From contig CAWAUY010000028.1 in NCBI GenBank assembly GCA_963785275.1, positions 1,916 through 65,915 of the forward strand: a stretch of 64,000 bases of DNA, given 5' to 3'. Positions 1 to 9,191 of the stretch are shown here, one piece after another. The notes beneath the pieces are model-generated. The model saw only the letters and a list, made by a program, of their open reading frames with translations, did not search any database and was not told the origin of the DNA. The position numbers were made by a program, and so were the translations under genes. The stretch's first letter is position 1. Each line of letters begins with the position of its first letter. The DNA comes from Candidatus Sulfomarinibacteraceae bacterium. Lineage in GTDB: Bacteria; Acidobacteriota; Thermoanaerobaculia; Thermoanaerobaculales; Sulfomarinibacteraceae.

Positions 1-771
1 GTGGCTGCCGAACAACGCCGCGTCGAGAACGCCGGGGAGGTCCTCGAGGAGCTCGAGGGCGCGGGCTGCGTCGCGGCACTCGACCTCCAGCACCGAGCCG
101 CGGGCGAAGACGGTCTTGAGCCGTGGGATGGTGTCGAGGGCGAGGAGCTTTCCGGCGTGCATCAGAGCCACCCGGTGGCAGCGCTCGGCCTCGTCCATGT
201 AGTGGGTGGTGACGAATACGGTGACGCCTTCCGCCGAGAGGTCGTCGATGAGGTCCCAGAATGTGCGGCGGGCCTCCGGATCCACCCCGCCGGTCGGTTC
301 GTCGAGAAAGACCACGGATGGCCGGTGGAGGAGGGCGCAGGAGAGCGCCAGGCGTTGCCGAAATCCTCCGGGGAGGTCCCCGACGATCGACTTGCGGCGG
401 CCGCCAAGACCGGTCACGTCGTACGCCCAGTCGCGCCGCTCTTCGAACGGCCTGCCCCACAAGCGATAGGTTCCGGCCCAGAAACGGATGTTCTCATCGA
501 CTGTCAGATCGTTGTAGAGGGAAAACCTCTGAGACATGTAGCCGATGCGGGTCTTGATCTGGGCGGCCTGGGTGGAGATATCGAATCCGGCCACGGTGCC
601 GCTGCCCGAGGTCGGCCTGAGCAGACCACACAGCATCCGGATGACGGTTGTCTTGCCGGCCCCGTTCGAACCGAGAAAACCGAAAATCTCGCCCGGCGCG
701 ACCTCGAAGGAAACACGGTCGACGGCCACGAAGTCACCGAAGACGCGGGTCAGATCGGTGGCGGAAACCAT
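1..771 (-). CDS. ABC transporter ATP-binding protein (N-terminal 257 codons; 3' end lies beyond the window start)
   Basis: Absent from the ORF track because it has no stop in the window. Manual minus-strand translation from the ATG (revcomp of 769-771) gives MVSATDLTRVFGDFVAVDRVSFEVAPGEIFGFLGSNGAGKTT (Walker A), LPGGFRQRLALSCAL (signature-like), VVFLDEPTGGVD (Walker B) and TTHYMDEAE. The 1..948 + ORF is its antisense shadow. Confidence 0.85.
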   Translation of the reverse strand, partial: MVSATDLTRVFGDFVAVDRVSFEVAPGEIFGFLGSNGAGKTTVIRMLCGLLRPTSGSGTVAGFDISTQAAQIKTRIGYMSQRFSLYNDLTVDENIRFWAGTYRLWGRPFEERRDWAYDVTGLGGRRKSIVGDLPGGFRQRLALSCALLHRPSVVFLDEPTGGVDPEARRTFWDLIDDLSAEGVTVFVTTHYMDEAERCHRVALMHAGKLLALDTIPRLKTVFARGSVLEVECRDAARALELLEDLPGVLDAALFGSH

Positions 772-809
772 GATCTCCGGCTCTCGTGCCGCCGCAGAGG
801 TCGGGCTTG

Positions 810-2141
810 TCACCGGCCGACGGCCCTTTGCAGCGCGGCATCCGCCAGCCAGGCTGCGACCCGGGTTCTGACCTGCGCGGCCTCGGCGGCGGTCAGATCG
901 GCCTGGGCGTCGAGCAGTTCGGAGAGCAGCGCCAGCCCCGCGGCGTAGCGTTCGCTGGACGCCTCTTCCCAGGCGGCGGCGGCGGTGGCGGAGGCGTCGG
1001 CCGCGCCGACCGCATTCAGCGCGGACTCGAGTTCGAGCCGGCTCGTCTCGACCTCGAGTCGAATCCTCCGTTCCATCTCGCCGCGGTCCTGCTGGAGAGC
1101 CCGCTGTTCGGCCTCGACGCCGGCGGCGCGGGCCCTGGTCTGGCTGCCGTCGAAGACCTTCCAACTGGCGGCCACCCCGACGCGCCACGAGTCATTGGCC
1201 TCGTCGACCAGGGGGAAGTAACGTTGATTGGGCCGGGCGACGAGGTACTGACCGGTGGCCCCGACCGCCGGCAGGCGGGCGGCGGCGACCGCTCGCGCCC
1301 GGGCGCCGAGCCCGGCGATCCGCGCGTCGGTCATCTTGAGTTCGGGGCGGTATTCGAGAGCCTGCTGCTGGAGACCGGCCAGGGACGGCGGGTGATCGGG
1401 GACCTGATCGGTCGCCGCGTCCGCCAGCGTGATGGTCGCTGCGTCGTTCATGCCAAGCAGCGATCGGAGCCGGGCCATGGACTGCTCCTCCGCATTCCGC
1501 GCTCGGATCACATCGACCTCGGCCGCAGAGACTCGTGCCTCGGCGGCGAAGACATCGGCGTTGACCGCCATCCCGGCCTCGCGCAGGGCGCGAGCATCTT
1601 CGAGCAAGCGGCGGGTTCTTTTGACCTGAGCTTCGGCGACATCGACCCCGGCTGCCGCTCCCACCGCGGACCAATAGTCCATCCGGGCGACGTAGCCGAG
1701 GTCGAGGGCAGTGAGCGATTGCGACCAGGTGGCGGCGGATTCATCCATCCGAGCGGCCTCGCGGTTGGCGGAGATTGCGCCACCGGTGTAGATGGGTTGG
1801 GTCACCATCAGGTCTGCGCTGTAGGTGGTCTCGATGTTCGGATAGAGCACCAGCGGTGGCTGACCGGGCTGATCCGAGGGCACGGTGAACTCGGGCACCC
1901 CGTTTTGCCGGGCGACGGCGGCGTTGACGCTGACGACCGGAAGCCGTGCGCCGTCGGCCGCCTTGACGGCGAATTCCGTGGCCTCGAGGCGATCAGCAGC
2001 CGCAGTGGTCAAGGTCGAAGCCTCGATCGCCGTCCGGGCGGCCTCATCGGCATCGAGGAGAGTCTGACCGTGAGCCGGGGGCGCGGCCGTCCCGAGTCCA
2101 AGCGTGAAAACAAGTATAAAAAAGTACCGTCGAGCGTTCAT
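810..2141 (-). CDS. TolC-family outer membrane efflux protein
   Basis: Real start is the internal ATG at 2139-2141 of ORF 810..2882. It gives MNARRYFFILVFTLGLGTAAPPAHG (signal peptide) followed by Ala/Leu-rich coiled repeats typical of OEP/TolC. The Arg/Pro-rich upstream part of the ORF is non-protein-like. The start overlaps the upstream ABC gene stop by ATGA. Confidence 0.85.
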   Translation of the reverse strand: MNARRYFFILVFTLGLGTAAPPAHGQTLLDADEAARTAIEASTLTTAAADRLEATEFAVKAADGARLPVVSVNAAVARQNGVPEFTVPSDQPGQPPLVLYPNIETTYSADLMVTQPIYTGGAISANREAARMDESAATWSQSLTALDLGYVARMDYWSAVGAAAGVDVAEAQVKRTRRLLEDARALREAGMAVNADVFAAEARVSAAEVDVIRARNAEEQSMARLRSLLGMNDAATITLADAATDQVPDHPPSLAGLQQQALEYRPELKMTDARIAGLGARARAVAAARLPAVGATGQYLVARPNQRYFPLVDEANDSWRVGVAASWKVFDGSQTRARAAGVEAEQRALQQDRGEMERRIRLEVETSRLELESALNAVGAADASATAAAAWEEASSERYAAGLALLSELLDAQADLTAAEAAQVRTRVAAWLADAALQRAVGR

Positions 2142-3088
2142 GGTGCCTCCGTCGACGTGGGCCGGGTTGACGATTTGGTGAGATAGAGAAAGGCGTCCTC
2201 GAGACCGGCCGGCACTTCGCGGGCGGACTCGATCCAGACGTCGTGGGGGTTGAGGATCTCGCGGATCGCAGCGACCGGGTCGACGTTGCTCTCGGCGAGA
2301 TGAACGTGGAGGGTGGCGCCGAAGACGCTGACGTCGACGATCTTCTCGTGGGCGGCGAGCACGTCGGCGACGGCAGCGCGGGGGGCGGCCACGACCTCGA
2401 CCACGGCTCCGGGCATCAGACCGGGGATCTCTTTTGGGCGCGCGTCGGCCAGGATCACGCCCTCGTGCATCAGAAGGACGCGGGTGCAGCGCTCGGCCTC
2501 GTCGAGATAGGGCGTCGCCACCAGCAGAGTCAGGCCGTCGCTTACCAGGTCTGCGAGCAGGCGCCAGAACTCGCGCCGCGTGACCGGGTCGACACCGGTG
2601 GTGGGCTCGTCGAGCAGCAGCACGCGGGGCGAGTGGATCAGCGTGCAGGCGAGGGCGAGCTTCTGCTTCATCCCGCCGGAGAGGCGGTCGGCCTGGCGGT
2701 TGTGGAAGGGTGCGAGACCAACCAATTCGAGGAGTTCGCTGCGGCGCGCCCGCCACTTGGGGACGCCGTACATCAGGGCGAAGAACTGGATGTTCTCGTC
2801 CACCGTGAGGTCGCCGTAAAGGGCGAATCGCTGGGCGAGGTATCCGAGCCGGGTGTGGAGGGCGCGGCGCGATTGCCAGCAATCGTCACCAAACGCCGTG
2901 GCGCCGCCGTCGCTGGCCCTCAACAGCCCGCCGAGGACGCGCAGACTGGAGGTCTTGCCGGCGCCGTCGGGACCGATCAGACCCACCACCTCACCCTCGC
3001 TGACGGCGAAGGACACGGCGCGGACTGCCTCGAGGTTGCCGTAGCGGACGACGAGCTCGCGCGCTTCGAGCAGGGTTGGGGCCGTCAC
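2138..3088 (-). CDS. ABC transporter ATP-binding protein
   Basis: Has GLIGPDGAGKTS (Walker A), LSGGMKQKLALA (signature) and VLLLDEPTTGVD (Walker B). GTG start at 3086-3088 lies 8 nt after the hlyD stop. The longer ORF to 3352 is an Arg-rich extension overlapping hlyD. Confidence 0.9.
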   Translation of the reverse strand: MTAPTLLEARELVVRYGNLEAVRAVSFAVSEGEVVGLIGPDGAGKTSSLRVLGGLLRASDGGATAFGDDCWQSRRALHTRLGYLAQRFALYGDLTVDENIQFFALMYGVPKWRARRSELLELVGLAPFHNRQADRLSGGMKQKLALACTLIHSPRVLLLDEPTTGVDPVTRREFWRLLADLVSDGLTLLVATPYLDEAERCTRVLLMHEGVILADARPKEIPGLMPGAVVEVVAAPRAAVADVLAAHEKIVDVSVFGATLHVHLAESNVDPVAAIREILNPHDVWIESAREVPAGLEDAFLYLTKSSTRPTSTEAP

Positions 3089-3096
3089 ACCGTTCC

Positions 3097-4059
3097 TCAG
3101 TTGAAGAGGGCGTCCGCGGGCATCCCGGGTTTGAAGATCCCCTCGTCGTTCTCGAGCTGCAGCTTGACGCGAAAGACGAGCTTGGCGCGCTCGTCGGGGG
3201 TCTGGACGTTTTTCGGCGTGAACTCGGCGACCGGCGAGATGAAGGAGACCGTGCCCTCGAACGAGCGGTCGCTGCCGTCGACGGTCACGACCGCCGACTG
3301 GCCGAGCGTCACCTGCGACAGGTTGGGTTCGTCGATCCACACCGTTAGCCACGGCCGCCCGAGGTCGGTAAGGACGGCGATCGTGGCACCCGGCGGCAAC
3401 ACCTCACCGGGTTCCGCCACCCTGGTGGTGAGGACGCCATCGATCGGCGCGAGAACCGTGGCATCGACGATCTTCTGATCCGCTGCGGCCACCGTCGCCT
3501 CGGCTGCTGCGCGCTGCGCGCGGGCCGCTTCGATCTCCTGCCGTCGGGGGCCGGCGACCAGTTTGTCGACCTGGGCGCGGGCTGCGGCGACCGCGCGTTC
3601 GGCGACCTCCTGGCGGGTGGCTGCGTCGTCCCGGGACTTCTCGGTCGCGGTGCCCCGTTCGGCGAGCCCGGACAACCGATCGAGATCGCGGCGGGCGGCG
3701 TCGAACTCGGCCTGGGCCTGGGCCAACTGGTCCTCCGCTCGCTGCAGGTCTTCGGCGCGGCTCCCCGCGAGGAGGAGCCGGAGCTGAGCGTCGGCGGCCT
3801 CTGCATTGGCGCGTGCCTGGGCGAGGTGGTGCTCGGCATCGATGGTCTCGAGCCTCGCCACGACATCGCCGGTTCGCGGCTCGTCACCCTCCTCGAACGG
3901 TGCCTCGAGCAGGCGGCCGCCGACGGTGGCGGCGAGCCGGATGTCGGTCGCCTCGATGTGGCCGGAGGCGCGGATCGCACCGTCATCGGTCGCGTTGTGG
4001 CACGCGACGGCAAGGACCAGAGTGGCAGAGAGAACTGTGACAACGCTGAAACGACTCAT
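3097..4059 (-). CDS. HlyD-family membrane fusion (periplasmic adaptor) protein, YbhG-like
   Basis: N-terminal membrane anchor MSRFSVVTVLSATLVLAVA, then a long Ala/Gln/Arg coiled coil, then a C-terminal beta-barrel motif (TVSFISPVAEFTPKNVQTPDERAKLVFRVK). Confidence 0.9.
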   Translation of the reverse strand: MSRFSVVTVLSATLVLAVACHNATDDGAIRASGHIEATDIRLAATVGGRLLEAPFEEGDEPRTGDVVARLETIDAEHHLAQARANAEAADAQLRLLLAGSRAEDLQRAEDQLAQAQAEFDAARRDLDRLSGLAERGTATEKSRDDAATRQEVAERAVAAARAQVDKLVAGPRRQEIEAARAQRAAAEATVAAADQKIVDATVLAPIDGVLTTRVAEPGEVLPPGATIAVLTDLGRPWLTVWIDEPNLSQVTLGQSAVVTVDGSDRSFEGTVSFISPVAEFTPKNVQTPDERAKLVFRVKLQLENDEGIFKPGMPADALFN

Positions 4060-4703
4060 GTGTTTTCTCCAGATCCGGGGGCGGCGATTCCGTTCAGCAG
4101 CAGATCGGTGAGGAAGGGAGCGACCTCGTCATCGTCCTCGGGAATCTGCATCCCGGGGCCGATTGCGGCTGCGCGGCTGCGCAGGGGCGCGACGGCATTC
4201 AGAATCAGCGAGGCGCCGATCATGGTGAGGTGGGTCATGACCGGCTCGGTGGCCCGGAACTCCCCGCGGCGGACCCCGTCGGCCAACAACGCGCGCACGA
4301 TTTCCACCACCCGCAGCATGCGGTCGAGGACATCAGGCTGGAGATGGCTTCCCGCCGAGGCGAGTTCGCGCAGGACGATTCGGGGATGGTCGGGGTAGGT
4401 CTGCAGGGTTCGCGTGACCACTGCGATCACGGCGGCCAGTCGATCTCGCGCCGTTCCCTCCGGCGCCGTCGCATCAGCGAGCGCTGCCTCGACGCGGTCG
4501 AAGTTCCGCATCAGCACCGCGGTGTAGAGCGCCTGTTTGTTGCCCACGTGATAGTAGAGCAGGGCCTTGTTGACGCCTGCACGGCGGGCGATGTCATCGA
4601 CGCGTGCGCCGCCGAAACCGTCGGCCGCAAAGGCTGACGACGCAGCATTCAGGATCCGTTGCCGGGTTGCTCGTTGGGGTTGGGAGGCGTCTTTTGGGGT
4701 CAT
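4056..4703 (-). CDS. TetR/AcrR-family transcriptional regulator
   Basis: N-terminal HTH RILNAASSAFAADGFGGARVDDIARRAGVNKALLYYHVGNKQALY. Stop overlaps the hlyD start (ATGA at 4056-4059). Confidence 0.9.
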   Translation of the reverse strand: MTPKDASQPQRATRQRILNAASSAFAADGFGGARVDDIARRAGVNKALLYYHVGNKQALYTAVLMRNFDRVEAALADATAPEGTARDRLAAVIAVVTRTLQTYPDHPRIVLRELASAGSHLQPDVLDRMLRVVEIVRALLADGVRRGEFRATEPVMTHLTMIGASLILNAVAPLRSRAAAIGPGMQIPEDDDEVAPFLTDLLLNGIAAPGSGENT

Positions 4704-4714
4704 GAAATCTGTTT

Positions 4715-4732
4715 TAACTAACCAGTTAGTAA
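4715..4732. promoter_or_regulatory. Near-palindromic candidate TetR operator upstream of the efflux operon
   Basis: TTAACTAAC CA GTTAGTAA. The core ACTAAC(4717-4722)-CA-GTTAGT(4725-4730) is a perfect 6-2-6 inverted repeat, 12 nt upstream of the tetR ATG (4703), in an unusually AT-rich 52-nt spacer. Confidence 0.4.
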
Positions 4733-4784
4733 ATTAGGTTCTCAAAGTCCCGTTGTCAACCCCGACGGTGAGCACGATCTCCGA

Positions 4785-7509
4785 TCAGCTCTTTGGTTCG
4801 GCCTTTTGCCTCTCCGCCTCGGCCACCGCCATCCGCACCTTGATCAGGGTGTCGGGCGTCACCGAGATCGAGCTGATGCCGCAGTCCACCAGGAACGGCG
4901 GTACCTCGTCGGGATAGTCCGACGGCGCCTGACCGCAGATCCCGATCTCCAGACCGCGGCGTCGAAAAGCTTCGACGCCCTGCCGGATCATGGCCTTGGC
5001 GGCGGGTGAGCGGGCGTCCACCGGGTGGGTGTAGTTTTCGAGATCGTCGCGCGACACCGCGTACACGGTCTGCACCAGGTCGTTGGAGCCGATCGAGCCT
5101 CCCGGTCAGCTGCATCTCGTCGATAAAGCGCTCGGCCTCGATCACGTTGGAGGGCAGCTCGACCATCAGAAAGAGCGGGACCCCGGCCTGCGGCGACAGC
5201 CCGCGTTGGTCGAGCAACTGCACCACCTCGCGCCCCTCTTCGGGGCTGCGGCAGAAGGGGATCATGATCTGCAGGTTGTCGAGCCCGATGTGTTGGCGGA
5301 CCAGGCGGATGGCGTCGCACTCCATGTCGAACGCCGGCAGGAAGGCGGGATCGATGTAGCGCGACGCCCCGCGCCACGCGATCATCGGGTTCTCCTCCTC
5401 GGGCTCGAAGAGCCGGCCGCCAAGAAGGTCGCGGTACTCATTGGATTTGAGGTCGGACATTCGAACCAACACCGGGCGCGGGTGAAAAGCCGCACAGATG
5501 AGGGCGATGCCATACATGAGCTGATCGACAAAGAACTGGCGCCGGTCGGCATAGCTGGCCGTTCGCCGTTCGATGGCGAAGAGCAGCGAGCCGACCTCTT
5601 CCGGTCCTTCACGCTCCAGTTGTTCGCGATAGGGGGCGAGCTCTTTGGCGAGACCGGTACCGGCAGCGAATGCCTTGAGTTCTTCAAAAAAGACCAGGGC
5701 CAGAGGGTGGATCCCCACCTGGGCGGTGAGGATGAACTCGAGCCGCGCGAGACCGACCCCGTCGCAGGGCAGCAGCGCTTCCTGCAGGGCGCGCTCGGGA
5801 AAGCCGACGTTGAGCTTGACCAGGGTCTCGGGGCCGTTATTTTCGTCCACCTCGACCCGTTCCACATGAAATGGATGGATGCCTTCGTAGACCTGACCGG
5901 TATCGCCCTCGGCGCAGGACCCCGTCACCTCCATGAGATCGGAGATGGCGTTTGTTGCGTCCTGGCAGCCGACGATGGCCGGGATCCCAAACTCCCGGGC
6001 GACGATCGCGGCGTGCGAGGTGCGGCCGCCCTTCTCGGTAACGATGAGTGATGCCTCGCGCATCAGGGGCTCCCAATCGGGGGTGGTCATCTCAGTGACC
6101 AGCACATCGCCCGGGTCGAACACCCGTTCCGCAACCGGGATCTTTTCAAGGACGGCGCCATCGCGAAGAGTCTTGCGGAGCTCGCGCTTGCGCACAATGA
6201 CCTCTTCGTAATCCGGGTAGACCCTGGCCCGTCCGGCTCCGATTCGTGTGCCGACGGCGTGACCCTGGGCCAGTACTTTGCCCTGTTCCTTCAGGCCCTC
6301 CACCAGCTCGGGCGCCATAGAGTAGGTTTCCAGGGTGGCCTTGTGTTGGCTGTTCGAGTGGACCGTTTCCGGTCGTGCCTGCACCACGTAGAGGTCGCCG
6401 GTGTAGCCGTCCTTGGCCCACTCGATATCCATCGGCCGTCCGTAGTGTTCCTCGATCGTCAGCGCCATTCGCCCGAGCTCCATGACCTCGACCTCGGAGA
6501 GCGACCATTGCCGACGCCACGCGGCCTGGACGTCGACGCTTTCGGTGGAGGTGCCGCCCTGCATGGAATAGACCAGCTTGCGGTCCTTGGCCCCCAGATC
6601 GCGATGGACAACCGCAGGTCGCCCCCGGCGGAGCCCTTCCTTCCACACAAGGAAACTGTCAGGAGAAACGGTTCCCTGCACCACCATCTCGCCGAGACCG
6701 AAGGCAGAGCTGACGTGGATGACGTTGCGGTTGCCCGAATCCGGGTCGAGGGTGAAGATGACGCCGGAGCTGGCGATATCGGAGCGCACCATTTTCATCA
6801 CGACCACGCCGAGTGCGCCTTCGAGCGGATCCATGCCGCGCTCGAGCTGGTAGCTCACGGCGCGCTCGGTGAAGGCGCTGGCCGCGCACTCCTTCCATGC
6901 CCGGGCGATCGCGTCCGAACCGCGGATGTTGAGAAAGGACTCGTACTGACCGGCGAACGACGCGGCGTCTGAATCCTCGGCCACCGCCGACGAACGAACA
7001 GCGGCATCCACCTCGCAGTCGAACTCCCGCGAAAGCTCGCTATAGGCGGCGTCGAGATCGTCGAGAATCGGTTGTGGGATGGGGGTGGTGAGAACCAGCG
7101 CCCGCGCCAGGGCGGTGCGTCCGTACATCTCGAGCTGGTCGTCGGCGGGGGCATCTTCGAAAACTATGCGCAGTGCATCCGCCAGGGTCGGGGCGTTTGC
7201 TGCCCGCAGCTTCAGATTCTGGAGGTGCTCGTCGGCCTCGATCTCGTCCCAACAGCCCTTGGGTAACTCGGCAGCCACGAACTCGCGGTGGGCTTTGGTA
7301 GTGGTTGCAAAGCCGTTGGGTATGCGAACCCCTTTCGGCACCAACTGCCGGTACATCTCGCCGAGCGACGCCGCCTTGCCGCCCACCAGGTGGGTGTCGC
7401 CGCTGCCGACCTCGTCGAACCAGAGAACCCGTCGGTCCGCCGTGTTCTTATGCGCTGCGCTATCCGTCTCTCGAAACTCTTCCTGCCGAACAGACATCTT
7501 CTCCTCCAT
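4785..7509 (-). CDS. ppsA: Phosphoenolpyruvate synthase (PEP synthase), reading frame interrupted by an apparent 1-nt frameshift near 5101-5103
   Basis: Has a PPDK_N-type ATP-grasp N-terminus, the phospho-His swivel motif TEKGGRTSHAAIVAREFGIPAIVG, and a PEP-utilizer TIM barrel. ORF 4756..7509 turns into Arg/Gly junk after ...FIDEMQLTG. The true C-terminus (GGSIGSNDLVQTVYAVSRDD...GICGQAPSDYPDEVPPFLVDCGISSISVTPD) continues in the frame of ORF 4785..5075. An alternative start is the ATG at 7497, preceded by GGAGGA. Confidence 0.85.
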
Positions 7510-7761
7510 GCTGCTGCCTCAGATGGACGATCGGTATCGGTGTGCGCGGGGACGCCGCGTGGGTGTTTTCGAGTGGAGCGCAGCGCGAACCGCGCGCAAA
7601 AACATGACGTGCAGCCGGGTTCTTCATCACCCCGGGGCGGTCTCACGATCAGGTTGGTTGTCGAGATTCACCGTGGGGTCAGTGTATCACCCCGGCGGGT
7701 ACCCGGTGTTCAGCCGCACGATGGGCAGGACCTCCGACGGGGCGCCATCGATGAACCGCTC

Positions 7762-9171
7762 TCAGTGGACGTGGACCAGCGGTTGCACGTGCAGGGAGTG
7801 ACCGGCCGCTGCACTGAAGGCACCGAGAGAAAAGGTCAGGAGCATGTCGTAGTCGAGCGCCACGATGCCGGTCCGACCGTCGCCCGAAAGCGCCTGGGTT
7901 CCGGGATTGTTCTGGAACCACCGCGCCCATTCCTGCGTGCCCGGATCGAACATCAGGAACTGCTGGCCGTCTTCGGGGAAGACCTTGTTGGGAGACGGAT
8001 AGAGGTTTTCCGTGAAGGGAAACTGCGCCGATGAGTGGCAGCTCAGGCACGACGACGCCGCGAGATCGGTGGTCCCCTGGTAGCGTTTTCCGCTGACCGT
8101 GACGACGTTGTGCCGAGTGGCCACGTCCATCGGACCCGCGAGGCGCCCACCCCAGCCGAGTGTCTGGTGGGTGTAGGCGGGCGCTGCCGGGTTGAGCCAG
8201 GTCTCCATCAGCGGACCGTTTGGGTTGGTGCCCGACGGAGTGTTGGCGAACTGGGGGTCGTTGCCCCACATCGCGCCGACCGGGACCGCCTTGTCCCAGA
8301 CAGAGTTACCATTGGCAGTTGCGTCGTAGGCGAATGCCATGAAGACCCACCCGGTCTCGGGTGAGGCAACGGAATCTTTGATCTTGACGGCCATCTGCGA
8401 GAAGTAGACGGGCACAACACCAGGTTTCACGGGGTTGCTGTGAGGATCCTCGATCATCGCCACAGTCGGGCGATAGACATACGACACGGCCGAACCCGTG
8501 AGCGGTGGCCATTGGTCGGGAGTGAGCGTGGCCGACTCGACCTTGAAGACGATCGAACCTTCTGGGAACTGGGGATCGCTCAGATCGGGCTCGTAGGGGT
8601 CCTTCCAGATACGACCCAGCATCGCCGCAGCGACGTCGTTGTAATAGATGACAGCGTGGTTCTGAAACGGCACCGCCGGCACGGGGTCCTTGAAGGTGAA
8701 TGGCTGCAGAATCTGACCGGTGTAGGAACCCATGAGCGCCTCGCGACCGGAGTTGGGATCGATCGAACCGTCGGGGAGGCGAGAGCCCTGTGCCGACCAC
8801 ATCATGTCGTACCAGCCGGCCTTCGCCGGCGTCCAGGACAGCGGATCGTCGACGACGTCGCTCAGGGCGGGGGCCACAAAAGCCTTGAGTCGCATCATGT
8901 ACTGGAGGGCATTGCCGGCGTTGATCCTGCCGCCGTCGGCCCCCGCAATCCACTTGGACGGTACCGGGGCGGTGGGATAGGCATAGTTGGCAGTTCTAAA
9001 ACTTCCGCTCCACTGGTCTGCCGTCGGGTAGACCGTGTTGTTGGAGGCCAGCGGGTCGGGGCCCTGCGCGGTCGCCGTCACGGCCATGAGGGCCATGCAG
9101 GTCATCGCCGCGATATTTCGCAGATTGAAAAGTCCTCGTGCGTGTCGATCGGAACAAGCGGTCGTAGCCAT
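7762..9171 (-). CDS. Exported hypothetical protein with a single C-terminal CxxCH heme-c motif
   Basis: Internal ATG at 9169-9171 of ORF 7762..9504 is preceded by GGGGGA. Signal peptide MATTACSDRHARGLFNLRNIAAMTCMALMAVTATAQG. Contains SSCLSCHSS. I recognise no family. The region upstream of this ATG within the ORF is Arg/Pro junk overlapping the kinase gene. Confidence 0.6.
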   Translation of the reverse strand: MATTACSDRHARGLFNLRNIAAMTCMALMAVTATAQGPDPLASNNTVYPTADQWSGSFRTANYAYPTAPVPSKWIAGADGGRINAGNALQYMMRLKAFVAPALSDVVDDPLSWTPAKAGWYDMMWSAQGSRLPDGSIDPNSGREALMGSYTGQILQPFTFKDPVPAVPFQNHAVIYYNDVAAAMLGRIWKDPYEPDLSDPQFPEGSIVFKVESATLTPDQWPPLTGSAVSYVYRPTVAMIEDPHSNPVKPGVVPVYFSQMAVKIKDSVASPETGWVFMAFAYDATANGNSVWDKAVPVGAMWGNDPQFANTPSGTNPNGPLMETWLNPAAPAYTHQTLGWGGRLAGPMDVATRHNVVTVSGKRYQGTTDLAASSCLSCHSSAQFPFTENLYPSPNKVFPEDGQQFLMFDPGTQEWARWFQNNPGTQALSGDGRTGIVALDYDMLLTFSLGAFSAAAGHSLHVQPLVHVH

Positions 9172-9191
9172 GAAGTCCCCCGGTTTCCTTT

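Noticed and set aside
1-948. Long plus-strand ORF (315 aa). The same applies to other very long ORFs: 786..2186 +, 2243..3478 +, 17277..19301 +, 28975..30156 +, 39755..40942 +, 41927..43321 +, 43392..44636 +, 56188..57261 -, 58379..60241 - and 60337..61371 -.
   Set aside because: All lie antisense to genes with unmistakable conserved motifs (ABC ATPases, TolC, icd, eno, the YYY protein, ispA/xseA, dnaG, rpoD, the zinc-ribbon gene). Their translations are Arg/Gly/Asp/His-rich low-complexity text. These are typical shadow ORFs of high-GC DNA.
2142-2882. N-terminal extensions of track ORFs, for example 810..2882, 2138..3352, 7762..9504, 13162..14064, 22491..23642, 23700..24353, 28445..29194, 30075..31541, 43380..44381, 45997..46326, 46348..48441, 50906..52435 and 52456..53448.
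   Set aside because: The extensions are Arg/Pro-rich, overlap the upstream gene, and are followed by an internal start with a good RBS, signal peptide or family-typical N-terminus. The shorter starts were used.
7538-7610. Small GC hairpins (CGCGG-N5-CCGCG, GCGCG-AAC-CGCGC followed by AAAAA) between ppsA and the exported-protein gene, considered as terminators.
   Set aside because: The orientation is wrong for the minus-strand gene that ends here, because the T-run would precede the stem. No plus-strand gene ends here either.
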